Shown piece by piece: positions 10,006 to 19,589 of a DNA stretch of 64,000 bases. The notes beneath the pieces were generated by a model. The model saw only the letters and a list, made by a program, of their open reading frames with translations. It did no database searches and was not told the origin of the DNA. Origin of the DNA: an uncultured bacterium (lineage in GTDB: Bacteria; Hydrothermota; UBA3073; NMUJ01; CBEVQO01); the NCBI GenBank assembly GCA_965552055.1, contig CBEVQO010000001.1, positions 1 through 64,000 of the forward strand, given 5' to 3'. A program made the position numbers and the translations under genes. Numbering within the stretch: position 1 is the first letter of the stretch; each line of letters opens with the position of its first letter.

Positions 10006-11169
10006 AACTGCATTACCATAAGCATCTGTCTTTATGAGATAAACATCACATTCACCTGCACCGAAAGATTCAGTTTTGCCTGCAATTATGAAGCCACCAT
10101 CCTGTGTCTGCTGAACTGAATAGCCACAATCATCATCGCTTCCTCCATAAGTTTTTGTCCACTCGACATTACCATTGGCATCTGTCTTTATGAGATAAAC
10201 ATCACACCTACCTGCACCGAAAGAGTAAGTCCAGCCTGCAATTATATATCCACCATCCTGTGCTTGCTGAACTGATTTGCCCCAATCATCATAGCTTCCA
10301 CCATAAGTTTTTGTCCATTCAACATCGCCGTTTGCATCTGTCTTTATGAGATAAACATCATAACTGCCTGCACCGAAAGAAGAAGTTACGCCTGCAATTA
10401 TGAAGCCACCATCCTGTGTCTGTTGAACTGAAAAGCCCCAATCATAATCGCTTCCGCCATAAGTTTTTGTCCATTCAACATTACCATTGGCATCTGTCTT
10501 TATGAGATAAACATCAGCACCACCTGCACCGAAAGACTCAGTTTCTCCTGCAATTATATATCCACCATCCTGTGTCTGCTGAACTGAATAGCCTCGATCG
10601 TCATCGCTTCCGCCATAAGTTTTAGTCCATTCGACATTACCATTGGCATCTGTCTTTATGAGATAAACATCAGCATAACCTGCACCGAAAGAAAAAGTGT
10701 AGCCTGCAATTATATATCCACCATCCTGTGTCTGTTGAACTGAATAGCCACAATCCCAGCCGCTTCCGCCATAAGTTTTTGTCCATTCAACATTGCCGTT
10801 TGCATCTGTCTTTATGAGATAAACATCCTCATAACCTGCACCGAAAGAGTAAGTTTTGCCTGCAATTATAAAGCCACTATCCTGTGTCTGCTGAACCGAA
10901 TAGCCCCAATCATCATATCTTCCGCCATAAGTTTTAGTCCATTCGACATTTCCATTAGCATCTGTCTTTATGAAATAAACATCAGCCCCACCTACACCGA
11001 AAGAACAGGTGTATCCTGCAATTATGTATCCATCCTGTGTCTGCTGAACCGAATAGCCATAATCATAATCGCTTCCGCCATAAGTTTTAGTCCACTCAAA
11101 CTCTTTCCACTTCCTTTTACATGTTATCGCTATCAATAAGCAAAGTAGAATAAGGTAAAATTTTTTCAT
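9991..11169 (-). CDS. Lipoprotein with seven 52-aa beta-propeller repeats
   Basis: Lipobox IAITC; 7x WTKTYGG...DVYLIKTDANG repeats. Confidence 0.88.
   Translation of the reverse strand: MKKFYLILLCLLIAITCKRKWKEFEWTKTYGGSDYDYGYSVQQTQDGYIIAGYTCSFGVGGADVYFIKTDANGNVEWTKTYGGRYDDWGYSVQQTQDSGFIIAGKTYSFGAGYEDVYLIKTDANGNVEWTKTYGGSGWDCGYSVQQTQDGGYIIAGYTFSFGAGYADVYLIKTDANGNVEWTKTYGGSDDDRGYSVQQTQDGGYIIAGETESFGAGGADVYLIKTDANGNVEWTKTYGGSDYDWGFSVQQTQDGGFIIAGVTSSFGAGSYDVYLIKTDANGDVEWTKTYGGSYDDWGKSVQQAQDGGYIIAGWTYSFGAGRCDVYLIKTDANGNVEWTKTYGGSDDDCGYSVQQTQDGGFIIAGKTESFGAGECDVYLIKTDAYGNAVSQHF
10006..11094 (-). repeat. Coding tandem repeat, 7 x 156 bp (first unit 153 bp)
   Basis: gcatctgtctttatgagataaacatc recurs at 156-nt period (e.g. 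10022, 10178). Confidence 0.95.
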
Positions 11170-11177
11170 TTCCCCTC

Positions 11178-11840
11178 CTATCTTCCGAATTTGTAAATTT
11201 CTGATTTGCCACGGGTTGCAATGAAATATTCCCTTTCTGCTATTTTCCTGCCCTTTAACTCACAATATACCTTTATCGTCAGTCGCCCGGAGTGAAGATG
11301 GGGACCTCCCCTTACCGTTATCTTAACGGATTTTGTCTCCCATACACCTATTTTCCCGGTAGAAACAGGTTTGCTTATGATGATTTCATCTTCATATTCG
11401 GGTGATAACAACTCGCATTTAACTTTTAGTGAAGGTGCTGTTCTTTTCATAAGGTTTGTTACCCTGCAAACGAGTGTAAAAGTTTCGCCAGCATCGAGCA
11501 CACCGTTATTATTCGGGTCAACGATTTCTACATCCAGTCTCACATTCACTTTCTTTTCCTTTTTCTTTTCCTTCAACAAAAATCCACCAGCAAGAGATAT
11601 AACCCCCGTGACAAATGTAACATCTCTCACGATGTCGCATGTTATCGTCAATTTCTTATATCTGTCGGCTTCGTCCTGAGTTTCTGCATCCCAGTGTTTT
11701 CTGTAGAAATATTCGCCAAGTAGAGCCGATGCACCACAGCACAGTAGAGAGGCAATGCCTGCTTTGCGTAGAGCGTGCCTGAAATCACCCCACAATATGC
11801 TACTTATAAGTAAAGATATTAGCACTAACCTTAACTTCAT
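11178..11840 (-). CDS. Membrane protein with helical hairpin and C-terminal Ig/CARDB-like domain
   Basis: Signal peptide, two hydrophobic helices, DPNNNGVLDAGE Ca-binding-like motif, beta-rich tail. Confidence 0.6.
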   Translation of the reverse strand: MKLRLVLISLLISSILWGDFRHALRKAGIASLLCCGASALLGEYFYRKHWDAETQDEADRYKKLTITCDIVRDVTFVTGVISLAGGFLLKEKKKEKKVNVRLDVEIVDPNNNGVLDAGETFTLVCRVTNLMKRTAPSLKVKCELLSPEYEDEIIISKPVSTGKIGVWETKSVKITVRGGPHLHSGRLTIKVYCELKGRKIAEREYFIATRGKSEIYKFGR

Positions 11841-11865
11841 AATGCCTCCTTATTGATTATCCTAA

Positions 11866-11892
11866 ATTATAGCAAAGATATAAAATTGTCAA
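11866..11892 (-). promoter_or_regulatory. Promoter TTGACA-N15-TATAAT (perfect consensus hexamers)
   Basis: Minus strand TTGACA 11892-11887, TATAAT 11871-11866, AAGGAGG SD downstream. Confidence 0.8.
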
Positions 11893-11903
11893 TAATTTTT
11901 AAT

Positions 11904-12060
11904 GCGAGCGTAAGCGAGCTTATTACATATGGGTTGATATGTCAGCCCATTACGGGTTTTGGGTTGTGGCAGGGGTTGTGGCTTTATCTGCTGTTTGCGT
12001 ATTTTAGCGGTAGGAGTGGGCTGACTTAATCGGGAAGGCGGGGACAGCGGAGGCGGGGCT
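11904..12060. other. Unexplained GC/G-rich structured intergenic element
   Basis: Inverted repeat gtcagcccatt/agtgggctgac, direct repeat gggttgtggc x2 and several GGG runs, in an otherwise AT-rich intergenic region. Confidence 0.5.
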
Positions 12061-12071
12061 AAAAATTTTGC

Positions 12072-12098
12072 TTGACAAATTAAAATTTTGATTATAAA
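12072..12098 (+). promoter_or_regulatory. Promoter TTGACA-N15-TATAAA (rpmB)
   Basis: TTGACA 12072-12077, TATAAA 12093-12098. Confidence 0.65.
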
Positions 12099-12105
12099 AG
12101 ATGAT

Positions 12106-12300
12106 ATGGGTAGGTGTTATTTCTGTGGCAAGGGTCCTGTATCCGGTCACAGGATTTCGCATTCACATAGGGTTACGGGCAGGTGGTTTCATCCCAATTT
12201 ACAAAAAGTAAGGGCTATCATTGACGGCAAAGTGAAGCGTATATGGGTTTGTACCAAATGTCTTAAATCCGGCAAAGTCCAGCGTCCCCCTTTGAAATAA
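12106..12300 (+). CDS. rpmB: 50S ribosomal protein L28 (zinc-ribbon type)
   Basis: [12 protein letters not shown]...SHS....R.FHPNLQ...CTKCLK; ATG at 12106. Confidence 0.93.
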   Translation: MGRCYFCGKGPVSGHRISHSHRVTGRWFHPNLQKVRAIIDGKVKRIWVCTKCLKSGKVQRPPLK

Positions 12301-13176
12301 TTAAATCAAACCAAATTTTTTCAACTCTTCTTTCAGAACTTTGAGAGAAGTCTCTGATATAGGTGCAAGCGGTAAGCGTGGGTCTCCTGCTGGCATACCA
12401 CAAAGCTTCATCGCTGCCTTTATTGGAATTGGATTCGTTTCAATAAACATTACCTTAAAGAGCGGATACAACTTAAAATGTAATTCCCTTGCTTTCTCAA
12501 TATTTCCTTCAAGGAATGCATTCACCATTTCTGATACTTCTTTTGGCAATAGATTTGAAAGAACTGAAATCACCCCCTTACCTCCTGCGGACAGCATATA
12601 AAATGTTAGAGAATCTTCTCCCGATAGCAAAGTTATTTTATCACCGCACAATCTCATTATTTCTGTAACTTTATCCAAATCTGCCATCGCCTGCTTTACT
12701 GCACAGATATTTTTGATTTCACTGAGGCGCGCTATAGTTTGTGGCAAAATTTCCCTGCCTGTTCTCCCCGGCACATTGTAAATTATTATTGGCAAATCTG
12801 TTTCTTCTGCTACTTTTTTGTAATGGCGATATAATCCTTCTTGTGTTGGCTTGTTGTAGTATGGCACAACCACGAGTGCGTAATCAGCACCTATTTCTTT
12901 TGCAAGATTTGTCATCTTTATTGTCTTATCGGTGTTGTTTGTTCCTGTTCCTGCAATTATCGGAACTTTTCCTTTTGCCTCTTCAACTGCGATTTCAATA
13001 ACCCTTCTATACTCTTCTTCTGTAAGTGCTGGTGCTTCGCTTGTCGTTACACACACAGCTATACCCGATATTCCATTTTCAATCTGAAATCGTATGTTCT
13101 TGCGTAAACCCTCTTCATCGAGTTCACCTGTCTCCTTAAATGGTGTTATCATTGCAGTTATTGCACCCTTTAACAT
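12301..13176 (-). CDS. dapA: 4-hydroxy-tetrahydrodipicolinate synthase
   Basis: PYYNKP, YNVPGRT, catalytic Lys (AVKQA), ETNPIPIK; start at MLKGAIT after an SD. Confidence 0.88.
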   Translation of the reverse strand: MLKGAITAMITPFKETGELDEEGLRKNIRFQIENGISGIAVCVTTSEAPALTEEEYRRVIEIAVEEAKGKVPIIAGTGTNNTDKTIKMTNLAKEIGADYALVVVPYYNKPTQEGLYRHYKKVAEETDLPIIIYNVPGRTGREILPQTIARLSEIKNICAVKQAMADLDKVTEIMRLCGDKITLLSGEDSLTFYMLSAGGKGVISVLSNLLPKEVSEMVNAFLEGNIEKARELHFKLYPLFKVMFIETNPIPIKAAMKLCGMPAGDPRLPLAPISETSLKVLKEELKKFGLI

Positions 13177-13177
13177 C

Positions 13178-13588
13178 TCACCCCCTTTTATACTTTGCAC
13201 AAACACGGGTTTTGATACCACCCCTTACATTGGCTTCAAAAATTACTTCCATTTCTTTGGGATTTAACAAATTCACCAAGTCATCAAGGATTTTATTCAC
13301 AAGATGCTCATAAAAAATGCCCACCTGCCGATATTGCAATAAATAATATTTTAAAGATTTAAGTTCAACTATTTTTTCATCTGGCACATATTTTATTTTT
13401 AGGGTGCCAAAATCGGGTAGTCCTGTTCTGGGACATACTGATGTGAATTCGGGATGCTCTATTTCTATCACAATGTCCCTTTTTCCAGCATACTCGTAAG
13501 GTACGGCTTCCAGTATAGATGTATCGATTGCATTTATTTTTTCTATTTTCCCCTTCAGTTTCTCCCTGAATTCTTTTTCGGTCATCAT
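13178..13588 (-). CDS. queF: NADPH-dependent 7-cyano-7-deazaguanine reductase (type I)
   Basis: CPRTGLPDFG, ELKSLKYY QueF motif, RGGI. Confidence 0.92.
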   Translation of the reverse strand: MMTEKEFREKLKGKIEKINAIDTSILEAVPYEYAGKRDIVIEIEHPEFTSVCPRTGLPDFGTLKIKYVPDEKIVELKSLKYYLLQYRQVGIFYEHLVNKILDDLVNLLNPKEMEVIFEANVRGGIKTRVCAKYKRG

Positions 13589-13593
13589 CTATT

Positions 13594-15447
13594 TTAATTT
13601 TTATTTGATTTTGAAAAGTATTTTTTCAGTTTTTCAATCTCATACCTTGCGCCTTCTGCTGCTTTTCCATAAGGCACTAATTTCAAAAATCTCTCAAAAT
13701 AATTAATAGCTTTTTCATACTCTCCAAGTATTTCATAAACTCTACCAAGATTGTAATAAGGTTCTGGAAATTTTTCATTTAGTTTAAGTGCTTTTTCATA
13801 CATTTCTTTTGCCTTTATGTAATCTTTTTTAAAGAAATAAACATTCCCCCATATCAGATATATCTCTGGATTTTTGGGGTCTATTTTCACTGCCAGTTTA
13901 CAAGCAGTATCTGCCACCCATAGCAGATTTAATTTTAAAGCAACTTTCACTCCTTCAAGATAGGCTGGCAGGAAACTCGGTTCAATCGATACCGTCCTTA
14001 CAAGATAATTTAAAGAAGAATCAGGTTGCCCCAGATACATTTTCGCAATCGCAATCCCGAAATATCCCCTATAAGCAGATGGGTCGATTTTCACAACCTG
14101 ACGAAACATCTTCTCTGCATCTTTAAATTGCCCTGTCGCGATAAAAACATTTCCGAGGTTATAATACGCCTGCACATAAGATGGGTCAATTTCTATTGCT
14201 TTTTTATAATATTCATATGCTTTTCTGATATCGCCTTTTCTCTGATATGCTGTGCCAAGATTATTATAAGCAACAGCTTTCCCCGGTGATTGTTTTATCG
14301 TCTTTTGCCATAGAGAAACAGAATCATGCCAATCCCTGTTTCTCGTTACAACACGCACAGAATAAAGCAATAGAAGAACAATTAATGCCGAAAAACCTGC
14401 TTTCTCATTTTTATTGAATAGTTTAAGAAGATAATAAGCTAAAATCAAAGAAAAAGCAAATACAGGTAAATACATATATCTTTCTGCAACAATATAGTTT
14501 ATAGGTAAAATATTTGAAACAGGTAAAAAGTTTATGTAAAACCACAAAATACCAAACTTCATCAATTTTCTCTTCGTCTTAAAAGCATAATATATTGCCA
14601 GTGCTGTCAGGATAAAAGAAATCAAAACTTCCGGTTGATAAAACTTCGTAGCAAGTGCAACATCATGTTCCGCACATAAATTATAAGGGGAAATAAGCAA
14701 ATAATAATAAATCAAGAGCGCTTTCAACATCGTAAATGTAACAATGGGATATTCTTTTAATGTAAGCGGTACTTCCTTTACCTGAACAAAAATTTTTGCC
14801 CTGTATTTCCAGAAAAGTATAAAAATCAAAAGCATTATAACAAAATGAGGGATAGCATTTAATAACTCTTTTTTCTTCTTAAACACCCAGCTGTAAAGTA
14901 AAATTACAAGAGGTAAAGAAATCGCAACAAATTTAGAAAATAACGCAAGTAAAAAGCAAATCACGGAAATAAAAATAAACCATTTATTTTGCTCTGATTT
15001 TAAAAAAGTTAAAAAACTAATTAGGAAAAACAACGAAAATAACATTTCTTTTCTATTTGATATGCATGCAACTGCTTCTGTATGAATAGGATGAGATGCG
15101 AAAAGCAGTGCACACAAAAAGGCTAAAAATAAGTTTGAAAAAAGCTTAAATGTAACAAAATATACCAGAATAACAGTAAGAACATGCAAAATAATATTGG
15201 TAAGATGATAACCCGTGGGATTTAATCTGTAAAGGTGAAAGTCAAGCATAAAGGTAATCATTCTTACAGGCTGCTTAAAAATATCAAGATTTTTAATATT
15301 CGCAAAATTTCTTATAAGATAATTGTCCACTATCAATGTAAAATCATCATAAACAAACTTATTTTGCAATGTATTTGCGTATAGTAAAAAAGATATTGCG
15401 ATAAGGATTATAAGGTGTAACTTTTTATCGTGATAAAACCTCTTCAT
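13594..15447 (-). CDS. TMTC-like GT-C membrane glycosyltransferase with C-terminal TPRs
   Basis: FVYDD, HPIHTEAV, AERYMYLP, RNRDW motifs, many TM helices, then TPR repeats. Confidence 0.8.
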   Translation of the reverse strand: MKRFYHDKKLHLIILIAISFLLYANTLQNKFVYDDFTLIVDNYLIRNFANIKNLDIFKQPVRMITFMLDFHLYRLNPTGYHLTNIILHVLTVILVYFVTFKLFSNLFLAFLCALLFASHPIHTEAVACISNRKEMLFSLFFLISFLTFLKSEQNKWFIFISVICFLLALFSKFVAISLPLVILLYSWVFKKKKELLNAIPHFVIMLLIFILFWKYRAKIFVQVKEVPLTLKEYPIVTFTMLKALLIYYYLLISPYNLCAEHDVALATKFYQPEVLISFILTALAIYYAFKTKRKLMKFGILWFYINFLPVSNILPINYIVAERYMYLPVFAFSLILAYYLLKLFNKNEKAGFSALIVLLLLYSVRVVTRNRDWHDSVSLWQKTIKQSPGKAVAYNNLGTAYQRKGDIRKAYEYYKKAIEIDPSYVQAYYNLGNVFIATGQFKDAEKMFRQVVKIDPSAYRGYFGIAIAKMYLGQPDSSLNYLVRTVSIEPSFLPAYLEGVKVALKLNLLWVADTACKLAVKIDPKNPEIYLIWGNVYFFKKDYIKAKEMYEKALKLNEKFPEPYYNLGRVYEILGEYEKAINYFERFLKLVPYGKAAEGARYEIEKLKKYFSKSNKN

Positions 15448-16432
15448 AGACTTTTAAAGTTTTTTCTATCTCTCTTTTTACATCAAATTTTTGCCTTAAT
15501 TTTTCGATTTCTTTTTTAATCTCATCTCTTAAATTTTTATTGTTCAACACTTCTTTCATTTTGCTAATTATATCTGTGATATTCTTTTTGTCGCAGAATA
15601 AAATTTTTTGTGATATTTCTTTGAAAGGCGGCAAAGGTGTCGCAATAACGGGGCAGGCGTTTTTAAGAGCCTCAAGAACCGGATAACCAAAACCTTCGTC
15701 GTCCGTGAGATATAAAAGAGATAAAGCATTTTGATACAAAAAATCTAAAGAATCATAATCCACATATCCAGTGAATATAACTTTATCCTGAAGATTTTTC
15801 TCTTTTATCAATTTTACAATTTCTCTATATGCATTGTCTTTTTTGCCACAGATTACAAATTTTATATCTCTTTCCTTTGCAATTTCATAAAAAGAAATTA
15901 GCGCTTCTTTTAACCCTTTTCTTTTTGCTACTCGCCCTACATAAAGAAAATAGTCAAAATCCAAAATTTTGCTTTTATCATTCTTTCTAAATTCTATACC
16001 GTGCGGTATGACTTTTATTCTATTATTTTTCACTCCATATTTTTTTAATTTTTCTTTCACATAATTCGAAGGACAAATTAATTTATCTGCTTTTCTCAAC
16101 GCTAACTTTATATGAAAATTCCAATAAATTCTTTTCAAAAAATTTTCGGTCCAGGGATGTTCTAAAGGAATTGTATCATGTAGAGTCGTAATTACTTTTA
16201 CTGTTTTTACAACTGGGCATTCGCTCTTCGTGTAATGAAGTAATTTTATTCCCTTCACTAAAGCATAAAAAGGATAAACAAAATGAAGGAACAAAATTCT
16301 TAAAAGAGGTATTTTAGGACAGTCTAAAAATATTATTTCAAATTTAGGAGATTTTAAATATTTTTTTAAATTTTCAACATATGTTTTTACACCGCCGGCA
16401 CTTATAGCAGATATATCTACTCCGATTCTCAA
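15425..16432 (-). CDS. Glycosyltransferase family 4
   Basis: MRIGVD, TLHD, EGFGYPVLEA. Confidence 0.88.
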   Translation of the reverse strand: MRIGVDISAISAGGVKTYVENLKKYLKSPKFEIIFLDCPKIPLLRILFLHFVYPFYALVKGIKLLHYTKSECPVVKTVKVITTLHDTIPLEHPWTENFLKRIYWNFHIKLALRKADKLICPSNYVKEKLKKYGVKNNRIKVIPHGIEFRKNDKSKILDFDYFLYVGRVAKRKGLKEALISFYEIAKERDIKFVICGKKDNAYREIVKLIKEKNLQDKVIFTGYVDYDSLDFLYQNALSLLYLTDDEGFGYPVLEALKNACPVIATPLPPFKEISQKILFCDKKNITDIISKMKEVLNNKNLRDEIKKEIEKLRQKFDVKREIEKTLKVYEEVLSR

Positions 16433-18105
16433 GGTCTCCTGTAATACTTCACATTTCCTTCTGAATCTATCACCCTCACACTCAAAAATTTCTGAGGTAG
16501 TAAAAATTCTTCTTTTCTATCGTCAAATATTTTATCCAGAGGTGAAAGTTTCCTCCATTTAATGCCATCTTCTGTATATTCGCAATCTTTTATTAAACTC
16601 AAAGAATCTTTGGCGATCAGCTTATTGCCAATTATTTTTAAAACAGGTGGCGTATTATCAATTGTGAATTCTATCACCTTCTCATCTTCTTTTGCTCTAT
16701 CTTCGGGATTCGTTAAAATATCTTTTGCTATCAACTTAAGTTTATATCTCCCATCCGGAAATGCTTTTTTATCTACCTCAATTTCCTCTTCTTTATAATC
16801 TTCTTTTAAAGTAATCCATTTTTTAGCGAATAATGGCATTATTTTTATGGTGTAACTGATTGAATCTGTATCCGGGTCTTCAGCTTCCCATGTTATTTTT
16901 AACTTGCTTTCTTCAAATTCTGCTTTTAAATCTTTGATTTTAGGCTTTTGATTTTCCGGCAAATATGCAATTTTAATGCTTTTTATTTTACTGCCTTTCA
17001 GAATTGCTTTCAGTTGCAAATATTGAGAAGGCTTACTTTTTATTTTTCCGTTTATTACTTTTTTCCATTTTTCCCAGCTTGCATCGGGTTTCTCTTTTTC
17101 ACCGCTCCGTGTCCACAGCTCTACTTCGCCTTCTGCTTCTACAAGCACCCTGCCCCATTCAGCGTATCTACCGGCATTCAACACAGGGCTTATAAGAGTG
17201 CAATTTTTTACTTCTTTCAAAATCTTATAAACCGCCGAAGGCATTATCGTAGCTATATAATCACCGGAAATTTGCAAAATTTCTCCTTCTAATTTCGTCC
17301 AGAAAAATGTATCTCCAAGAAAAATATACAATTTATTTGAAACACCATAAATTATCGTATCTCCCATATTCCATGCACATTTTATAGCACCTGCAAAATT
17401 AAAAAGCAAATTCTTTTTTCCATCGTAATAATAAATACTCCCACTGTCGGAACTATTCGAGAAAATCAAAAAACCATTCTTATAAGGGAAAACTGCCACC
17501 ACTTCTTCATCGTATTGCCCCATGTTCCCTATTATTTTAAATTTCTTATTGAGTTTATACAAAAAACCTTTACCGGAAGTTCCTAAAAGGTAAAAATCTT
17601 TGCACTTTTTCAATAATACAATGTTATTTTCCGAAAAAGATGCTATTGTGTCTAATTTTTTCTCAATTTTAAACAACTTAGCAGGCACGCCCGAAAAAGC
17701 GATAATCCCGGATTTGTAGGGAAGAGCTCCCCACAGATACTTTGCTCCTGTTTCGTAAAATTTTCCAAACCGAAGTAAATGAACTCTTCCTGTGCCAGAC
17801 ATCAGGATGTAAGTTTTTCCTTTATTTGTCAAAATTCCTGTGATGTAACCTTTTTCTTTGTATTCCTTTAATTTTATCAGAGTATCTTTTAATAAATACA
17901 CGGATGGCGGACTCGCGAATGCACAGAGCAAATTTTTGCCATCCCAGTGTATCGCAGTCAACATTCTTTCGTCAAACTTCTTAAGTCGCTTCACATTATA
18001 AAATAAATGCACTTCACCTTTTTTAACGATACCTCCTTTGATTTCGCATTCCGAAAAATTAATTTTGAAAAATTTGGTGCTCAATAGTAAAACAAAAATT
18101 ACCAT
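16429..18105 (-). CDS. Beta-propeller + FN3-like secreted protein (partner of S55 peptidase)
   Basis: Propeller-like N-terminus, SPVLNAG..AEWG / TRSG..PD.SW / YLQLKA segment, W.A.DPD.D FN3-like region. Confidence 0.65.
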   Translation of the reverse strand: MVIFVLLLSTKFFKINFSECEIKGGIVKKGEVHLFYNVKRLKKFDERMLTAIHWDGKNLLCAFASPPSVYLLKDTLIKLKEYKEKGYITGILTNKGKTYILMSGTGRVHLLRFGKFYETGAKYLWGALPYKSGIIAFSGVPAKLFKIEKKLDTIASFSENNIVLLKKCKDFYLLGTSGKGFLYKLNKKFKIIGNMGQYDEEVVAVFPYKNGFLIFSNSSDSGSIYYYDGKKNLLFNFAGAIKCAWNMGDTIIYGVSNKLYIFLGDTFFWTKLEGEILQISGDYIATIMPSAVYKILKEVKNCTLISPVLNAGRYAEWGRVLVEAEGEVELWTRSGEKEKPDASWEKWKKVINGKIKSKPSQYLQLKAILKGSKIKSIKIAYLPENQKPKIKDLKAEFEESKLKITWEAEDPDTDSISYTIKIMPLFAKKWITLKEDYKEEEIEVDKKAFPDGRYKLKLIAKDILTNPEDRAKEDEKVIEFTIDNTPPVLKIIGNKLIAKDSLSLIKDCEYTEDGIKWRKLSPLDKIFDDRKEEFLLPQKFLSVRVIDSEGNVKYYRRP

Positions 18106-19583
18106 AGCGAATCCTCACCTATTGATTTTTCGGCTCTTCCCTGCACAAAATATCCCGTGTCTATCTTTTTTATAATCACTTCTCTTTCAACTTCAAAAAT
18201 CTCATATTTTGAAGGCGGTAACTTTTTATCCTCGAATCTTACTTTTATCACTATCTCATCGTTTTTTGGCAATCTTCCAAAGATTTTTTCTAACTCCTCA
18301 TAATAACTTATTGTACCTAATAGCGTCTGCCTTATATCCTTCCCTGCTTCCGCTGATATCGTTATATTTTTGATATCATCGGGTACAACAAACTCAAAAT
18401 CATATTTTTTTATGATGCCACCATAAAGATGAACAATTACACTGCCTTTTATCGTATCACCGCCTTCTATTTTTTCTTTATTAACCACAATGTCCTCTAT
18501 TTCGCAAATTCTCTTTTCTTTTATCGACTTCATTTTAATTTCAATTTCTTCAATTTCTTCTTCCTTAAAAGGATTTTCCGCAATGAGGTCTATATTTGAT
18601 GTTATATCTTTTATGATTTCATCATAATTTCCTGTAAAAATATTTTGCGTCTTCCACTCTTTTTCTTTTGTTTTGATTTTTAAAGAATATTCAAGTGTCC
18701 TTTCTCCTATTACGCTATTTTCCATATTAAGTGTTGCTGCAATCGCAATGCGACTCAATGGAGTTATTAGCCTCTTTTCCCCGGGTATCTCGTAGCAGTA
18801 ATTTATTCCATTGATTTTAATTTTGCATTTGCACATTTTTGGTTTCTCGCCTATTATTCCAAATATTCCACAAGGTGAGTCCCTTTTAACGGTTCCTATT
18901 ATTTCTCCGAATTCCCCTATTTTATAAGAATAATAATCACTTGGGACTGTTTTTTGTATGTATCCTCCTGTCATTGGTAAATTTGTTTCATGTAGTTCGA
19001 TGAATCCATGTCCGAAGCCCCATACTTTTTTGCCTTCACGATGGGTACAGGTACCGATAGCACCCAAAATTAAGTCTCCGCACATTAAAAGCACTCCTAT
19101 TGGCTTGCCGGGTGCAGGAAGCCATTTTTTGGGCTTTATACCGCCTGTGGCACTTATTACATCAAAGCCCTTTAAAAACTTTTTAATTTCAGGATATACT
19201 TTTTCCGGAAGATTTGTTATTATAACGGGTAATTTTTTATAAGAAGGTTCTGTTGTTCCCCTTTTTTCTTCAATCATATCCTTTATCGGCGTTATCCCGC
19301 ATATTGGTTCTTTTGAGAATGCACCTCCGATGTTGTAAGCAACTGCTCCAATGAGTTTTCCATTAATATAAACAGGACTACCAGACATTCCGGCAATTAC
19401 TCCGGCTTTATCAATCTCACCTCCCCATATTTTTGCCAAGATTATGTCTCTGCGAGGAAGAGCTTTCTCCAGCATCCCTATTATCTCAACTTTGAAAGTA
19501 TCTATTTCTTCTCCTTTGAAAACAGTTAACCCATATCCTTTTTGATTCAAGAGGGATAACAAAAGGAAGAAAATGATGTTCAT
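18099..19583 (-). CDS. SpoIVB-family peptidase S55
   Basis: GVIAGMSGSPVY catalytic Ser motif. True start is MNIIFF at 19583, because the longer ORF call runs through the tRNA. Confidence 0.88.
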   Translation of the reverse strand: MNIIFFLLLSLLNQKGYGLTVFKGEEIDTFKVEIIGMLEKALPRRDIILAKIWGGEIDKAGVIAGMSGSPVYINGKLIGAVAYNIGGAFSKEPICGITPIKDMIEEKRGTTEPSYKKLPVIITNLPEKVYPEIKKFLKGFDVISATGGIKPKKWLPAPGKPIGVLLMCGDLILGAIGTCTHREGKKVWGFGHGFIELHETNLPMTGGYIQKTVPSDYYSYKIGEFGEIIGTVKRDSPCGIFGIIGEKPKMCKCKIKINGINYCYEIPGEKRLITPLSRIAIAATLNMENSVIGERTLEYSLKIKTKEKEWKTQNIFTGNYDEIIKDITSNIDLIAENPFKEEEIEEIEIKMKSIKEKRICEIEDIVVNKEKIEGGDTIKGSVIVHLYGGIIKKYDFEFVVPDDIKNITISAEAGKDIRQTLLGTISYYEELEKIFGRLPKNDEIVIKVRFEDKKLPPSKYEIFEVEREVIIKKIDTGYFVQGRAEKSIGEDSLW

Positions 19584-19589
19584 CTTATT

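Noticed and set aside
10006..11094. 156-bp tandem repeats as a CRISPR array or DGR template/variable pair
   Set aside because: The repeats are in-frame coding units with no unique spacers or cas genes; no reverse transcriptase is nearby and the variation is not adenine/NNY-restricted.
11819..11828. TTAGCACT resembling a CIRCE half-site
   Set aside because: It lies inside a coding region with no second arm, and no CIRCE was found upstream of hsp20-lon.
11904..12060. 6S RNA, SRP RNA, riboswitch or attC identity for the GC-rich island
   Set aside because: There is no SRP GGAA-loop motif, the stem is too short for 6S, no clear RYYYAAC/GTTRRRY boxes are present, and it lies outside both flanking transcripts.
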